In this document: piece after piece, positions 19,570 to 38,120 of the stretch | How the letters are laid out: each line of letters opens with the position of its first letter | How positions within the stretch are numbered: position 1 is the stretch's first letter | Assembly: GCF_009914755.1 (NCBI RefSeq) | Contig: NC_060940.1 | From: the human T2T-CHM13v2.0 reference genome, Homo sapiens | Length of the DNA: 64,000 nucleotides | Reading direction: 5' to 3' (one strand) | Notes under the pieces: model-generated | Told to the model about the DNA's origin: nothing | Databases searched by the model: none | Seen by the model: only the letters and a program-made list of their open reading frames with translations | Program-made: the position numbers and the translations under genes

Positions 19570-20610
19570 GATACTGGTCTTTCCAAGTGTCCACAGAATA
19601 TACAAGACAGACCACATCCTGGCCCATAAAATTAATATCAACAAATTTAAAAGAGTTGAAATCACAAAGAATGTGTTCACCAGCAACATGATCAAACTAG
19701 AAAGCAACAACAGAAAGACAACAGAAAACTCTCTGAAAACTTGGAAATGGAACAATACACTTCTAAATAATGCATGGGTCAAAAGGAAAGTCTCAAGGGA
19801 ATTAAAAAAATAATGAACGGAATAAAATCATACATGTATCAAAAATTGTTGAATATAGCTAAAGCAGTGTGTGAGGGAAATGTGTAGTAAGAAATACATA
19901 CAGTGTAAAGAGGAAAAGTCTCAAATCAATAATCTAAGCTCCAACTTCAAGAATCTAGTAAAAAAAAAGAGCAATATATAGGCAAACCAAGCAGAAGCAA
20001 GGAAATAATTATAGAAGTAAATGAAATTGAAAACATAAAGGGAAAGATCAATGAAACAGAGCTGGTTCTTTGAACAGATCAATAAAATCGACAAACGTCT
20101 AGCAAGACTGACCAAAAAAAAAAGAGAGAGAGAGAGAGAAGGCACAAATTACCAATATCGGAGGTAATGAAATGGGATATCACTACAAGTATCAAAAGGA
20201 TAAGAGAATATTATGCAGAATTCTACCCAAATAAATTTGGCAACATAGACTAATTCCTCAAAAAAGACAAACCACAAGACACTCAATATGAAAGAGCCCT
20301 GTAACTATTAAGGAAACAATTTGTCATTTAAAAACTCCCAAAAAGGAAATCTCTAGATTAGTGATTACCAGAGGTTAAGGAGGGGGTGAGGGCAGGAGGA
20401 AAGTGTATGTAGCTATAGAGAACATGAGGAATCTTAGCAGATATGAAAATGTTCTGTATCTTGACTATATCTGTCAATGTAAATATCCCAGTTGTAATAT
20501 TATAAGATGGTACCATAGGGGGAAACTGGGTCAAAGGAACAAGGAATCTCTGCATTAGTTTATATGACTACACATGAGTATACAACCTCTCAAAATGAAA
20601 GGTTTATTTA
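19570..20610 (+). mobile_element. L1M LINE: ORF2 endonuclease-linker region fused directly to the 3' UTR
   Basis: tctcaaatcaataatctaagc, gagctggttctttgaacagatcaataaaatcgacaaac, then at ~20357 ttagtgattaccagagg...aaatgttctgtatcttgact. Confidence 0.75.
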
Positions 20611-20636
20611 TTTATTTTTTTAAAGGTAAAGGGATT

Positions 20637-20980
<344 letters not shown>

Positions 20981-21779
20981 TTAGGCAAGATGGATACTTA
21001 AGATAACCTAAACATTTTCCAGATAAAGACCTAGAAATGCTACATAAAATATACCAAAAATTATTTTAAGTGTATAGCTAAACTCATAAGAAAGAATGGG
21101 CAACCTCCGGGTATTTGGATCAAAGAAGGAACTGAAAACCACAGTAGAGCACATGAGCTGAAATAGTGGTTACAGCCGGCAGGGTGGGGTGGGGGAAGAC
21201 AGTTTCAATAACTTCCAGTCGGGGTTTTATTTGCCACGTGATAATAAAAATGGTCTTTAGCTTACAGGCAGTAGAGAACTAGAACTAAGGCTAAAAGTGG
21301 AAAGTCAATGCATCCTCAATGAAAGGAAAGAGTTAGGAAAAAAAAAAAATCACATAACAGCCCAAGGAACAGAGAAGAAAGTGTATCTAAGCTTTTGGGC
21401 TGTAGCGGGTAGGAAGAAAGGTCTCTTTTAAGAACCGGAACGAACCCTGGGCCTGCAACCCACATAGATTTGGGCTTCAAAATTATACTTTCAATTATAA
21501 TATCTGAATGTTCCAGGCACTCCAAACCAAAGAATTAACATAAAAATTGGCCCAGGCAAGAGCATCTAGAAAAAGCAAATTCATCCCCACTTTTTAAAAC
21601 CAGGTCATATAAGATCACACCACAGATAAAACCTCGCTAAAGAGTAAAAACATATTAAACATAAAAGGAAATACTGACAGTGAACTGAAGGATTTTTTTG
21701 AGAGTTAGCAATCGACAGTAGCAGTTCAATAAACTAGAACTTACTAATAGACAACAAAGATAAAATTTTTGAGCATGTG

Positions 21780-22930
21780 ACACTATCTAAGCTAAATCTC
21801 TGCCAAATTACCCCAGCAGTGGCACGTAGAGTGGAGAGAGGAAGAGTGACTACAGACTTTATGTAAACTTAGGAAATGATTACAATAGTCCAAGCCTTTC
21901 AAAAGATTTTAGAAAATATTCTAATTACATAGTGACAGATGCTTCAGAATGTAAGACCCAGGGCCAGGAGCAATGGCCCATACCTGTAATCCCAGCACTT
22001 TCAGAGGCCAACATGGGAGGAATGCCTGAAGGCAGGAGTTGGAGACCAGCCTGGGTAACAAAGTGAGACCCTGTCTCAATAAAAAATTAAAATTAAAATA
22101 GTTTTTTAAAAAAGAAAGAATGTAAGACCCAGAAAAAAGGCAATGAGAGTGGAGATAAAATGAGGGAGGGGGATATGAATGAATACTTACAGACATTTTG
22201 GGAGTAGAGTTAAAAGGACTCACTGGATTGGGCAGTTAGGGGCTAGGGGGAAAGACAAGAAAGGGAAAAACTAAAGGTGACACTGAGGTTGGGGCTCAAC
22301 TACTATTGAGGAAAATAGTGGTATATTCTCCCTCTACCAACGACAGGCAGTTTTGGCCCAGCAGATGAGAACACTAGACTGGAAAGAAGCCTCAGATTTC
22401 TAGTCCAGGTTCTCTCTCTTTGGCAAGCTACTGAATTTCACATGTTGGTTTCTTCACTTCTGTAATATGGGAGGATTTAGGGAAACTGAGTTAAATACTG
22501 GACCAGTTGTGGAGTCAAGGGGATTCAGAATAAACTGCTTGCAAGCAGCAAGAGATATGGGTCTGGAGTTCAGGAGAAAAGCAGTACTGAAAGGACAGAG
22601 CAGAGGGAGAATCATCAGTGTTGAAAAGATGGTTAAAGTTGTAGCAGTAGATGATATTATTAGATGCATAAAGACAAGAGGCCTATGAATCTTGGGAAAA
22701 CCCTAAGCAAATGTAAGAAAGGTAGCAGTCGAAAGCTCAGAGACAATTAGCCAGGCATGGTGGTGCATGCCTGTAGTCCCAGCTACACAGGAGGCTGAGG
22801 TGGGAAGATCACTTGAGCCAGAATGCAGAGGTTGTAGTGAGCTGAGATCTTGCCACTGCACTCCAGCCTGGGCAACAGGAGTGAAACCCCTGTCTCAAAA
22901 AAGAAAAAAAAAAAAAAAGCTCAGAGGCAT
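21780..22930. mobile_element. Degraded L2/MIR region with a FLAM (21962-22095, TSD agaatgtaagacccag) and an Alu right monomer (22745-22918, TSD aaagctcagag)
   Basis: Alu motifs with TSDs. L2-like gatatgggtctggagttcaggaga. Confidence 0.6.
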
Positions 22931-24268
22931 ACCAGTCTTACTGAGAAGGGGTATTCTGAGATAGAGTACCATAATTAGATGACATACTATATTGGGATAG
23001 AGTTGTGTTCCATTTTCCACTGCCAACTAATTTCCTGAGTGATTGATAAAATATAAGGAAAATAAAAGTCTTTGTCACAGACCTTCCCTAGTATCCCTCG
23101 AAAACACTGATCCTTTGCTTTCATTATGGTGTTAGAAGTTCTACTTCAAAGGGTTTAAAAAATATATTCTATAAAGACAGATAGATACTTCATAATCTAA
23201 GCCTTTACACAGCTGAAATTCTGCCTGGCTTAGGCTTGCAGGATACTGTGAAACACACAGCTGATCCAAGTTAGCCCAATAGGAAAGCTGGTTTCACCAC
23301 CTCAAGACAGAGAAATTGAGGTCAGACTGGTCTAACACAGGCTAAATCAGCGTGCCCTTTTGAAATGGTATCAAAAATTTGGATTTAGTTAACCCCACAG
23401 CACAACACAGAAACATGGCTGAAAAGCAGACGTGATGCTTGTGGTTACTGTTCTAAAGGAAACTTTTCCTCCAAGTTTTGCTTTGAAGCAAGTAACGCTA
23501 TACAAGAGACCAAGATCAAGAGCATTTTTGTACATGATATTCCTTGGATCTTCCTAATTCTCACCTCTGGCCAAACAAGTCATGTCATGCTCTATTTGAC
23601 TGTGGGGGAAAACTCTTCTCCTTTTGTTTCCACTTCCTACAGGCACATCATCTCACAAGCAGCTAGGACTAAAAGATCTCAGTTTAAAGCAGAAGCCAAT
23701 GCAAAGCATGAGTTTTTCCTACACATTCTCAAATTAGCAACTACTGAAATTGTACTACATTTCAAATTCAAGGAAATGCTAATAATCAAAAGGTTATGTT
23801 TTATGGTCTTAAGCATCCAGAATTACTAGGTCTAAAGATGAATGTTTGATTAGAATCTTCCATATCCTCAATGATGGGAAAATATTGGCCTAGCTTTAAA
23901 TTATTTCAGCTTAAATTTATCATAGGTTTGCTTGGGTAACAGGGTTGTGGCAGAATCCAAAATTCAAGTAACTGAGTATAGTTAAGTGCTGGACTTCAGA
24001 CCAGCCTGATTTTCAATCCTTGACCAAAATAATTAGAAGACAGCTGCTCAGCCTCTCCCAAAAGAAAAATTCCTCAATCCAAATTAAAGTATTTATCTAA
24101 TATGAATCTTTCTGTACAGTCAGAACCCTTCAGGAAATAGCAGCAAGTTGCCTTTTTAAGAACTTTAATCAGAACATAAAAATCGCTTAGTGCTATGATT
24201 AGGATGAATGACATTCTTCCCTGATGTTAAAACATTTTGAGATAGTACTTTCCAACACAAAGAACCTA

Positions 24269-25150
<882 letters not shown>

Positions 25151-25269
25151 GAGAAAGAAAAGAGGAAAAATTTTAAACCACCACACAAACCAGCAGGTTA
25201 TAAAGATACAGTTACTACAATGATCGTGGAGAAATGCAGATAAATACATATTGGTAAATGTATGGAAAC

Positions 25270-25625
25270 TGGTCTTCTCACATAATACTGGCATGACTTC
25301 AAATTGCTTCTGCCTATTTAGCAGCAGCTATTAGAATTTAAGATGCACATACCCAATGACCCAGCAATCCCACTTCTAAAATTCTGTCCTTCAGAAATAA
25401 CAGTATGAGAACATAAAAAACATATGTGTAAGGATTATCACAGATTATTAATAACTGTAAAATTTGGAAAACTGTAAATGTTCATCAATAAGAGAAGGTG
25501 CACTCAAATTATGGAAGTCACAAAATGGAATACCAGGCAGGCATAAAAAAAATACAGATGTTTATATTGAACCTGGAGAGATGCCCAAGATAGACTGTTA
25601 AGTAAAAATACAAGTTGCAAGAAGA
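25270..25625 (+). mobile_element. L1ME-type relic
   Basis: atgacccagcaatcccacttcta, aaatgttcatcaata, ctgttaagtaaaaatacaagttgcaa. Confidence 0.55.
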
Positions 25626-26471
25626 AACTAAAACAATATATATATATATTGCAGACCAGTACAGACAGGGTAAGTCCACTTTTGTTTTAAGTATCTACGA
25701 ATGCAATACATATATATGTATACAATATATATGTATATATTGTTTTCCCTGATCATTGATTTTAACTTATTCTTAATTTATTTTTAAATAAACCTTGATA
25801 GGTATTGCAGGTACAGAGTAAATAGATTAGAAATTGAATAAGGAAAATAATTTTTAAAAGATTTTCCCATGAATACTTGGAATATTTTGAATCTATTAAA
25901 GGCAATTTCATTCACATTCTTGATTCAAAGATATTATTCCAGGCCAAGGTAGTAACTGACGTAAGTATGAATGGAGAATCTTGTGACTAATATTAATATA
26001 TATGAATACAATATATTATCATAGCACAGGGAAGGATCTGCACAAAACTGATCATCAGTTAACAGCTATCAGCTTCTAGGGATGACAATTAACAATTGGA
26101 AAGGCAGAAAGGAACTTTCACTGCCTTCTCTCCGAAAAAAATTTAAGTGGTGGGACTACAGGTCATTTTTACTTTCTTATTTGTAATTTAAAACAACAAC
26201 AACAACAGCAACAACAAAGTTTTTATATCCCAAGGAAAAAAATGAAAGAAGAAAAATCATTTCTCTTTCTAAGCACAATAGTAGAGTTGAAAAAAATAAA
26301 TTCTAATAAAAGAAAAAAGTAGAAACTGCATAGTACATAGAAATATCATACCAAGAGACGAATCTAATTAGGCAAAGAAAAATGTACAAGACTCTTTTAC
26401 CCAATCTTAAGAATGCTGCTTAATGCTTTCTGGGATCTTGCCAAAGACGAGCTATCTTTTCAGGTGGAATT

Positions 26472-26485
26472 CTGCCCTCTAGTGT
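26472..26485 (-). promoter_or_regulatory. Candidate CTCF site
   Basis: Reverse complement ACACTAGAGGGCAG matches the CTCF core CCACYAGRGGGCRC at most positions. Lies in apparently unique sequence. Confidence 0.45.
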
Positions 26486-26808
26486 ACAGTAAAAGAAGTT
26501 AAAAGACCTATGAAGCAATAATAAATTACTGTTTTAAAGTTAACCAAAATATATTCACTTCATTCCTAGAGTATCATAATCATCTTCTTAAATGAAGGTC
26601 GTCGTTTCCTTGCTCCCAAATCAATTTATATTATCATACTAAGTAAACTGTATGACTACCATAACTTCACATACCTATTCCATTCTTCCCTACACATCCA
26701 AGAAGCACCTAAAGCATTTAACTTGACTCATTTTTCACACCAGGACAATTTGGCACAACCAAGGGTATAGGAATACGGCAAAATAAAGTTTTAAAAGTCT
26801 GTGATCCT

Positions 26809-26896
26809 AGCAAACCACCATGGCACATGGATTCCTATGTAACAAACCTGCATGTTCTGCACATGTATCCCGGAACTTAAAGTAAAATTAAAAAAA
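26809..26896 (+). mobile_element. Ultra-short L1PA 3' end (~88 bp) with 16-bp TSD
   Basis: agcaaaccaccatggcaca...tgcacatgtatcccggaacttaaagtaaaa. TSD aaaagtctgtgatcct / aaaagtttgtgatcct. Confidence 0.88.
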
Positions 26897-27148
26897 AAAA
26901 GTTTGTGATCCTGATAGACATCTGGCTCTTAAAATCATACATGTTTGAAACTTGTTGGCACTATAATTTGAGGCTAAGAGCAAAGGAAAAAGGCTGCTAT
27001 GTGTAAATAAAGTTCATCTCTTCATAGAATTTTCTAAGAACACTAGAATTTATTTAACTCCAGGCAACCTTGAAAATCACTATAGATAATTCCTAGGTTC
27101 AGAGTATTTGTTGTAGGTATTCAATCCGAACTGACAGAGGTTACATCA

Positions 27149-27511
<363 letters not shown>

Positions 27512-27885
27512 TCATTTAGATGCTCAGATTGGCAAGGACTTTATTTCATGACCCGAATTGTCAGATATCCTCTTCCCTCCCAAAAGGATATCACTAGACT
27601 CTCTATTCATACTTATCTCAGTTACTAGCTTAGCCTGGAATAATAGCTTTGAATCAACAATGTGAATGAAATTGCCTTTAATAGATTGAAAATACTCCAA
27701 ATATTCAGGGGAAAATCTTTTAAAAACTATTTTCCTTATTCAATTTCTAATCTATTTACTCTGTACCTGCAATACCTATAAAGGCTTATTTTAAAACAAA
27801 TTAAGAATAAGTTAAAAACAAATGAAGCACGGTATTAGCATCCACTGAAGAACATGAAGGTGAAAGTCAGGTACAGGGTATTCTT

Positions 27886-28190
<305 letters not shown>

Positions 28191-28809
28191 AGGGTATTCT
28201 TGCTTCTACACAAACCATGTCATTCTGGAGCTGATAAGTAAGACAACACCAGTACCACCAGAGCTGCCAAAATCAATCATTTCCATTGTCACCACTAGTT
28301 CCTGAAACATCCTATTAAAAGCTATCTCTAGCTAGTCCTATCCTGGAACAAATGGCCACCAGAAGAAATGCACTTGACACAAGCTGGGCAATGATACTCC
28401 TACCTGGCTCTCCATCAACATATAAGTTGTCCACAATGTAGGATTCATACCTCAGTAGGAAATGATTACCCTCTGGAAACAGTAATAGCCATTATTCCCC
28501 ACATCACATCTTGTCCACAGCTTCACTGTTGCTGCTGACAGGTATCAATGTACAAACATACCTGGAACTTATTTTTTAAAATGTGCTAGACCTTCACTTT
28601 CTTGAGACAGGAATGAAACAAAAGTATAGAAAATGGTTATATTAATGAGGAAAAGCTTACAAAGGAAAAATGGGGAAACAGCCCTCTCACTTTCTTCAAA
28701 AATAACAAAATAGCTTTCAAAGAGTCCCACATCAGTTATGAAATTGAGGAGAGACTCTTTTAACAAAAAAACATCTATCAGGAGAATAAGAGCGAGCAGT
28801 GGCAATGGC

Positions 28810-29050
28810 AAAGTGGCTGAGAGCCCAGGCTTTGGTCTCAAATAGATTTGGGCTGGAATCCGAGTTCGACCAATCATCAACTATGTAACTTCAACAAGTT
28901 AAGGAAGCCTCTCTGAACCTCAGTGTCCTGATCTGTGAAATGGGCACAAAGTTAGTGCCTACTCTTGGAATGTTTATGTGGGTTAAGTGAAATAATACAT
29001 GTAAAACATTTAGCATTGTGCCTTAAATGTGGTGAAGCAGCCAATAAATA
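28810..29050 (+). mobile_element. MIR SINE (near full length)
   Basis: ctctctgaacctcagtgtcctgatctgtgaaatggg...taagtgaaataatacatgtaaaacatttagca. Confidence 0.8.
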
Positions 29051-30949
29051 GAAATTATTTATTCTTTATAAAAGGGTAAAGAATATTTAACCTGTAGTCT
29101 GAGAAGATAGTATGTTTGGTATTTAATCTAGAGAACAAATTGTTTCCAAAATGAAATTAACATGGTCATCAAAGGGAAACATGTTACCCTAGAGTGGGAA
29201 AAGCAGTTGCCTACAGGAACCATGCAGGTAATATAAATGAGTAAAGCCACTGAGTAGGGACCACAAAAGGGCAAACCCCATCTACTCTGTGCCACCCCAG
29301 TGTTACCATAGATGAAGAGGGAAGGTAGTGGCAGAAATTTTCATTTCTCAAGAAAAGCCAGTAATCCAGATTTTTATGTCAACTTTCTAGAGTTTTAAAT
29401 ATTGGCCAAATGAGGAGACTGGGAGAGATCACACCGTTAACTGCTCAGACAGGAAGACTCTGCTGAACAAACCAAAGATTGCTGGTTACTGACTACATAC
29501 ACTGAATTCTGGCAAACTACAATGGTCAGCATTACTGTCTTCTCAGTCCTTAGTCTGAGTCTTTTATCTTCAGGATGGTACTGTGAGGGATTCTGTGTCT
29601 TCTATCTTTGGAGAAAACACTGCTACACTGACATCACCTATGATGTTGTTTGATACTCAACATTAAGGTCTTTTTTTTTTTTTCCACTCCATAGATCAAG
29701 AAAACAAGGCTAAAACTACATGGGAAAATGATGTCTTTCCCTCTTAAGTTATACTGCTTTAGGTCATTCTCAATCTATAAAGAGGCAGCTAAACAGTAGG
29801 CCCTTAATTAAACAAGTCAATGCGTAAGGGTAGGATTACAAATTTTAATGACACTAATGGTGGCCCGCTGTTGGAATAAATAGTAAATGTTGGCTTGAAA
29901 ATAGGTAGCAAATGTGGGGTTGAAGCCTGGCCAGCCAGATACCAGCAAATGCTGAGAAAACTGGATGCAAGTAGCTAACAGTACTGGTAGTAAGGACTGG
30001 GGAGTGAGGGAAGAGGCGGATCAAGAGCATGGAATGACAAGACCATGAGAATTTAGACACATTAAGCTTTGTACTTTACTACCAAATGTAGGAGAGTAAT
30101 TTTTGTAGTTTGATTCCTGCCTCTAATTAAAGTAGGGCTTATTCCATTCCCAAAACATAAACTTTGGCTTTTTATAGCCTAAGCAGTGTGCTATTTTAAA
30201 CACATGGAGGAAATGCATTTTTAGTTACAAACATTTGCTCCTCTAAATCTGTTCTTATTTCTGAATCTGTGCTTATCTTATCAAAAGATGTGGGACAGGA
30301 TGTTTTACTCTCCTGCTCTGGTTTTCCTGTATTGCTTAAATCTGTTTAGAGAGAGGAAAATAAACAAATAAAGTGTTTCTGCAAGACAATTTCTATAAAC
30401 TGAAGCAGCTCCCAAAATGAAAAAGTCTGTGGGAAAAAAACTTGACTGTGTTAATTTTCTTTTAAAATATTAGATTATTCCTATAGATCCTTCCCTTGAA
30501 AAGACTTTCTATACTCTGCAAATGGAGTCTGCTGACAGATACTAATATTTGCACGGATAAAATGTGCCCACTCAGATACCCCAGATCAGCTGAATTCCTC
30601 TTGGACCCGTCTTTTCCCAAGCACAATTGTAACTGTAAAGCTTTTTGAGATGCATTTCATAAAAATGAGCATACCAACCTTGAAAGTCATTCTGGATCTA
30701 CTCAGAAATCCAAGGTTCACAGTATCATAATTAAACACGTACATTTTCACGTACAACTCTAAGGACTTTTACTCAGGCACTTGGCAGACATATCCTTGTA
30801 ATGTGTTATGTTCCATCAGGGCTTTCAAAGAAACTGATTTTGGTCAAATTTCACTTTACCCTGTTTATAAGGGAGTCAGCATTCTTTACTGAAAAATATT
30901 TCACTTGTATAGCTCCCAAGGTAGCTCCTGGTTGGCCCCTAGATTCCCT

Positions 30950-31725
30950 CTATACCCTTCCCCACATGGCTCTCTGCTCTAGGAGCTGCTCTGTGAGGAC
31001 AGCTTGATGAAGACTCTCCTTAAACCAAACTTTAGTCAGACTCCACTGAGCCCTCTTCTCAACTAAGGCTTGAAATTGGCCCCTGCCCTTGCTGGCCTGC
31101 ACAGCGCAGTTTTGGAAAGAATTCTGTGCTAAGTCAGTGTAGAGAGAATCCCCTACCCTTGATATCTGATCACACTACCCTGCCTTGAGCAAGAATCACC
31201 CTCTCCTTGATGTCTCCTCTTAGTAATTTTCTATCCACTGACCACCTGCCTCCCGATTCTGCTAAAAATCCCCAGCTGTCTTTGCTGTATTCGGAGTTGA
31301 GCACTCTCTCTCTCCCCAGAGATAGTCTTGAGACCCACTGCAATAGTTTTGGATAAAGTGTTCTCACAGTTTTAACAAGTGTCAGAATATTCTTTAATAA
31401 GCCTCAGAGGGCAATGGAGTACCCTAAGAGGCTGCAGAGAGAGAAGAAACAGATCTGGGTATTTATTCCCTTGGCTTCCCTCTGGGGGAAGTCCATCACT
31501 TAACAGAAGGTCTCAGCTCCTGTCAGGAGGTCCATTCCACCTAACCCTTTCTTCCCCTGCCATTAACTGCTCCCACTCTTGCCCTTTCAGGCCTAGGGGT
31601 AGTAATAGAGTCTCATTATTACCAGCCCCAGGGAGGCCACACCAATATTTGTATCCCTGTGGTTTTCCACCACTTTGTGAGAAAGTATCATATTTGAGAA
31701 TGCCATCTGTTTCCTGCTGGATCTC
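30950..31725 (-). mobile_element. MLT1-type (MaLR) LTR interrupted by an ERV1 LTR
   Basis: gggtatttattccc and tttgagaatgccatctgtttcctgct motifs flank the nested LTR. Confidence 0.5.
31005..31399 (+). mobile_element. MER31-like ERV1 solo LTR
   Basis: Starts tgatgaagactctccttaaaccaaactttagtcag. Internal gagaatcccctacccttgatatctgatca. Confidence 0.7.
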
Positions 31726-32178
31726 CCTAATGCAGATATCATCTCAGCAGATTTCTTATTCTAAAAAGCATATTAGCTGTAAGAAAGGCAGGCATGGATA
31801 TGACAAGCAGTGAGATTTCTACATGAGTGACTTAAGCTGATTTTAAGCTGCCATTTCTCCATTCTTTAGTTATTTTCATAATTATAGTAGCAAAGAGTAT
31901 TTTCTGAAACATACAGTTTCCAAGTAGAATCTCTAAGCATCAACAGGGATTATTTTAAGAAGAAATATCCAAGGAAACTAGAAGTAAAAACTGTGTTAGC
32001 TGAAACTAACCAGAAACCTAAGAAGAGCTTCTTTGCCTTTATTTCCATCTGGTGGTTATATCCAGAGGTAACTTCATAGCAATACTTTCAATAAGTGCAA
32101 GAAACACTAATAATACCACATACAAACCTGGCAACTCTTAATCACCTGCTGAAGGCTAATTCCATACGTTGTCTAGAG

Positions 32179-32431
32179 CAGTATTTTGTCAAATTCAGGT
32201 TGCAGTTGATTGTGAAATCAATTCAGCAGGTCATAACAGTTTTTTAAATGACACATCTATACACAATAATGTAAAACAGAAAATCAGAGCATATTATACA
32301 TAGTAAGGGTAAATATTTCACCAAATTTTAATCTCACCTTTTTACATACCTATTTTTATAGGTGTACAAGGGCATAATGTAAAATGTATTCCTTATGATG
32401 GGTGGCAGTCAAGAAAGTTTGAAAGCTACTG
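32179..32431. mobile_element. hAT-Charlie MITE
   Basis: cagta...gtgaaatcaatt...aaagtttgaaagctactg termini. Confidence 0.5.
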
Positions 32432-32434
32432 GTC

Positions 32435-33462
<1,028 letters not shown>

Positions 33463-33729
33463 AAAACAGTATTTACTCCTACTACATGTGATGTGCTCTG
33501 ATATTTTCTCTTAATTGATTATTCCAAACCACAGCTTACAAAGTACTTGCCTAGAGTATTAACAGGGCCAGGTCTGTAGAATTTTGTTCTACAGCTGCCT
33601 TCATCTGATTTTATGTCATTTCTACTGTGGTAGCAAGCAGTCAAATCCTCTTCCTCCATAGGTTTCTGTGTAACTACTACATGACTTCTGCTCAGTGGGA
33701 GAGAAATATCTTGAGTATGAAGTAGATAA

Positions 33730-34132
33730 AGATGTAACAGATGAGGAAGTAGCCCCATCCACATGTCCTGGCATTCAGTGCCATGATACATGCTGAGAGC
33801 AGCATCTTACAGCAAGCACGTGCAGCTCACAGCCTGAGGACAGAGGGCAAGGAATGTGTGGAAGCAGCTCTGAGCCAATGTCCGATGGGCACTGGAGGCT
33901 AAACATCCCACTCTCCTCAGCCCTCACTGTGTTCTTCCCAATCTCTAAGTTTCCCAGCAGGAATGAGTGCCAGTCACCACCAGCAGTCACCTGCTTGATA
34001 ACTCAACCTTTACTGGCTTCTTTCCTCTCTTGTACCTCTCTATTGGGGCTTCCTGGAATCACCTCTCACATAAATGACATGCACTTAAACCTTTATCTCA
34101 GGGTCTATTTCTGGGTAAATGCAACCTAAGAG
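33730..34132 (+). mobile_element. ERVL LTR16-like solo LTR
   Basis: 3' end ttcctggaatcacctc...tatctcagggtctatttctggg...aacctaagaga. Confidence 0.6.
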
Positions 34133-34249
34133 AGTATACTAGTATAACTCTGTTGTTAAGAGCCAGGGCTGCAAAGATGGGGAAGGCCCACCCTAAAAAA
34201 GCTCACACTTTTTTAGGAAAATCAACACTCTTTTTAAAAATGTGGGGCC

Positions 34250-34505
<256 letters not shown>

Positions 34506-34515
34506 AAAAATGTGG

Positions 34516-34800
34516 GGCCAGGCCCGGTGGCTCACGCCTGTAATCCTAGCACTTTGGGAAGCCAAGGAGGGCAGATCACGAGGTCAGGAGATCAAGACCA
34601 TCCTGGCTAACACAGTGAAACCTCGTCTCTACTAAAAATACAAAAGATTAGACGGGCGTGTTGGCACCTGTAGTCCCAGCTACTCAGGAAGCTGAGGCAG
34701 AAGAATGACATGAACCCGGGAGGCGGAGCTTGCAGTGAGCCGAGATTGCGCCACTGCACTGCAGCCTGGGTGACAGAGCGAGACTCCACCTCAAAAAAAA
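34516..34800 (+). mobile_element. AluY SINE
   Basis: gaccatcctggctaacac, ggagcttgcagtgagc. TSD aaaaatgtg. Confidence 0.9.
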
Positions 34801-35339
34801 AATGTGAAACAAAACTTTACTGCTCATAGCAATGACAGGTATGCTCCAGGAGGGAAGGAAGAGGGGACAATATCTGACTGAAGGGCCACAGAAGCCACTG
34901 TAGGAGACTATGCAGAACTCCCCACAGGAGTCAGGTAGGTAGTCAGGGCTATCCATGGTATGGGTCTATGTTCACTTCCCTGTGGCAACAGTCTTAAGCC
35001 TCTCTGATTTACTGTAATACTTTACTTCTCACATTGAGGTTAAGAAAAGAATTTTTACTTCTTCCAAAAAGAAAGAATTCTAGCCTTCAGCTAAAAATAA
35101 CTCAAGTAATATGAAAAATATGAAGGGAGGAAAACCATTAAGTTCTTGACAATGTGTTAAGAAAACTATTTGTAAATCATCTTTGATCTTTTTATGTTCC
35201 TCTAAGATCACAGAGGATGGGAGTGAGTGTTCATCGCAAATCTTCATGAAAAGTTCTGCAGAAGGCTGATATTTTCATTTGAAAAGTATTATTTTTAAAT
35301 GTAAAATTTACACGTTCAGCTTTGTGTTCAATACTATAA

Positions 35340-35650
<311 letters not shown>

Positions 35651-35831
35651 AGAAAGTTATGGCTAATTTTCCTTTGCATCTTCCATTCTGGTAAATATTG
35701 CAGCAAAGGCAAAGCAGCATCATAATTCTCTCTCTCAGGCAAGGAGTCTGATCTGCAGCGAAAGTAGGTATTTGCACTGAAAGCTTCTCCAACGTGCCAA
35801 GTACATCAGGGAGTGAGACTCAAATACTCAC

Positions 35832-35951
35832 CCTGACCCGGCAGGGAGTGATGGCAGAGCTGAAGGAACATTAGCCTGTGGTTTTTCTTTCTCATTCTGC
35901 TTGAAGAAGGATTTGGCCTCTTTAGATGTAGCATCCACTTCCTTAGTTACC
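35832..35951 (-). CDS. CFDP1: CFDP1 coding exon 5 (120 bp, symmetric phase 2-2)
   Basis: Acceptor ggcacag|GGTAAC, donor TCAGG|gtgagt. Encodes (R)VTKEVDATSKEAKSFFKQNEKEKPQANVPSALPSLPAGS(G). Confidence 0.97.
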
Positions 35952-36120
35952 CTGTGCCAAGGAAAAAGACATCAAGCTTACAAGAAGAATAAAGAGAAAG
36001 AAACAAGCTAGAAAAGGGAATAAAGACAACTAGAAAAAGATCCACTCGGCTTCCAATAAATTCTGGACGCTCAGCATTATGATAAAAGTTTACTACAACT
36101 TTCAATAAAGACATTTGCCC

Positions 36121-37745
<1,625 letters not shown>

Positions 37746-37754
37746 CAAATCCTT

Positions 37755-38120
37755 CCCTACTCCACTGATGGTGAGCTTGGATACACGACTTGCTACAAAG
37801 GCCAATGAAGTATTAGCTGATCTGAGAGGAAGAGAAGCTTAAACATGTTTGTGCTGTTTCTCTTGCCCCTTGAATTCATCCCTTGAGTCATAAGGAGAAT
37901 ACACCTCAACTGGCTGCTGGTCCAAGATGGCAGAAAGACACATGCTGTAGACCTGAACCCAACAAACAAGCAGCTTGGAGCTTAGCTGAGCCGAGTCTAA
38001 ATCACTCAATCTCAGATACTCAGAGGCAAAAGGCAACAAGTAAATGCTTATCATTGTACATCACTGAGTTTTGGAATGGTGTGCTACACAGCACTACTGT
38101 AGCAAGAGCTGACTGACACA
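37755..38120 (+). mobile_element. MLT1 (MaLR) LTR
   Basis: 3' end cactgagttttggaatggtgtgctacacagcactactgtagcaagagctgactgacaca. Confidence 0.7.

Noticed and set aside
28562-28775. Possible cryptic exon ending at the strong donor CCAG|gtatgt (28562)
   Set aside because: The upstream acceptor is mediocre, and isolated donor matches are common in long introns.
31379-31813. 144-aa ORF
   Set aside because: It lies mostly within a decayed MaLR LTR, has no evident ATG start and no protein similarity that I recognise.
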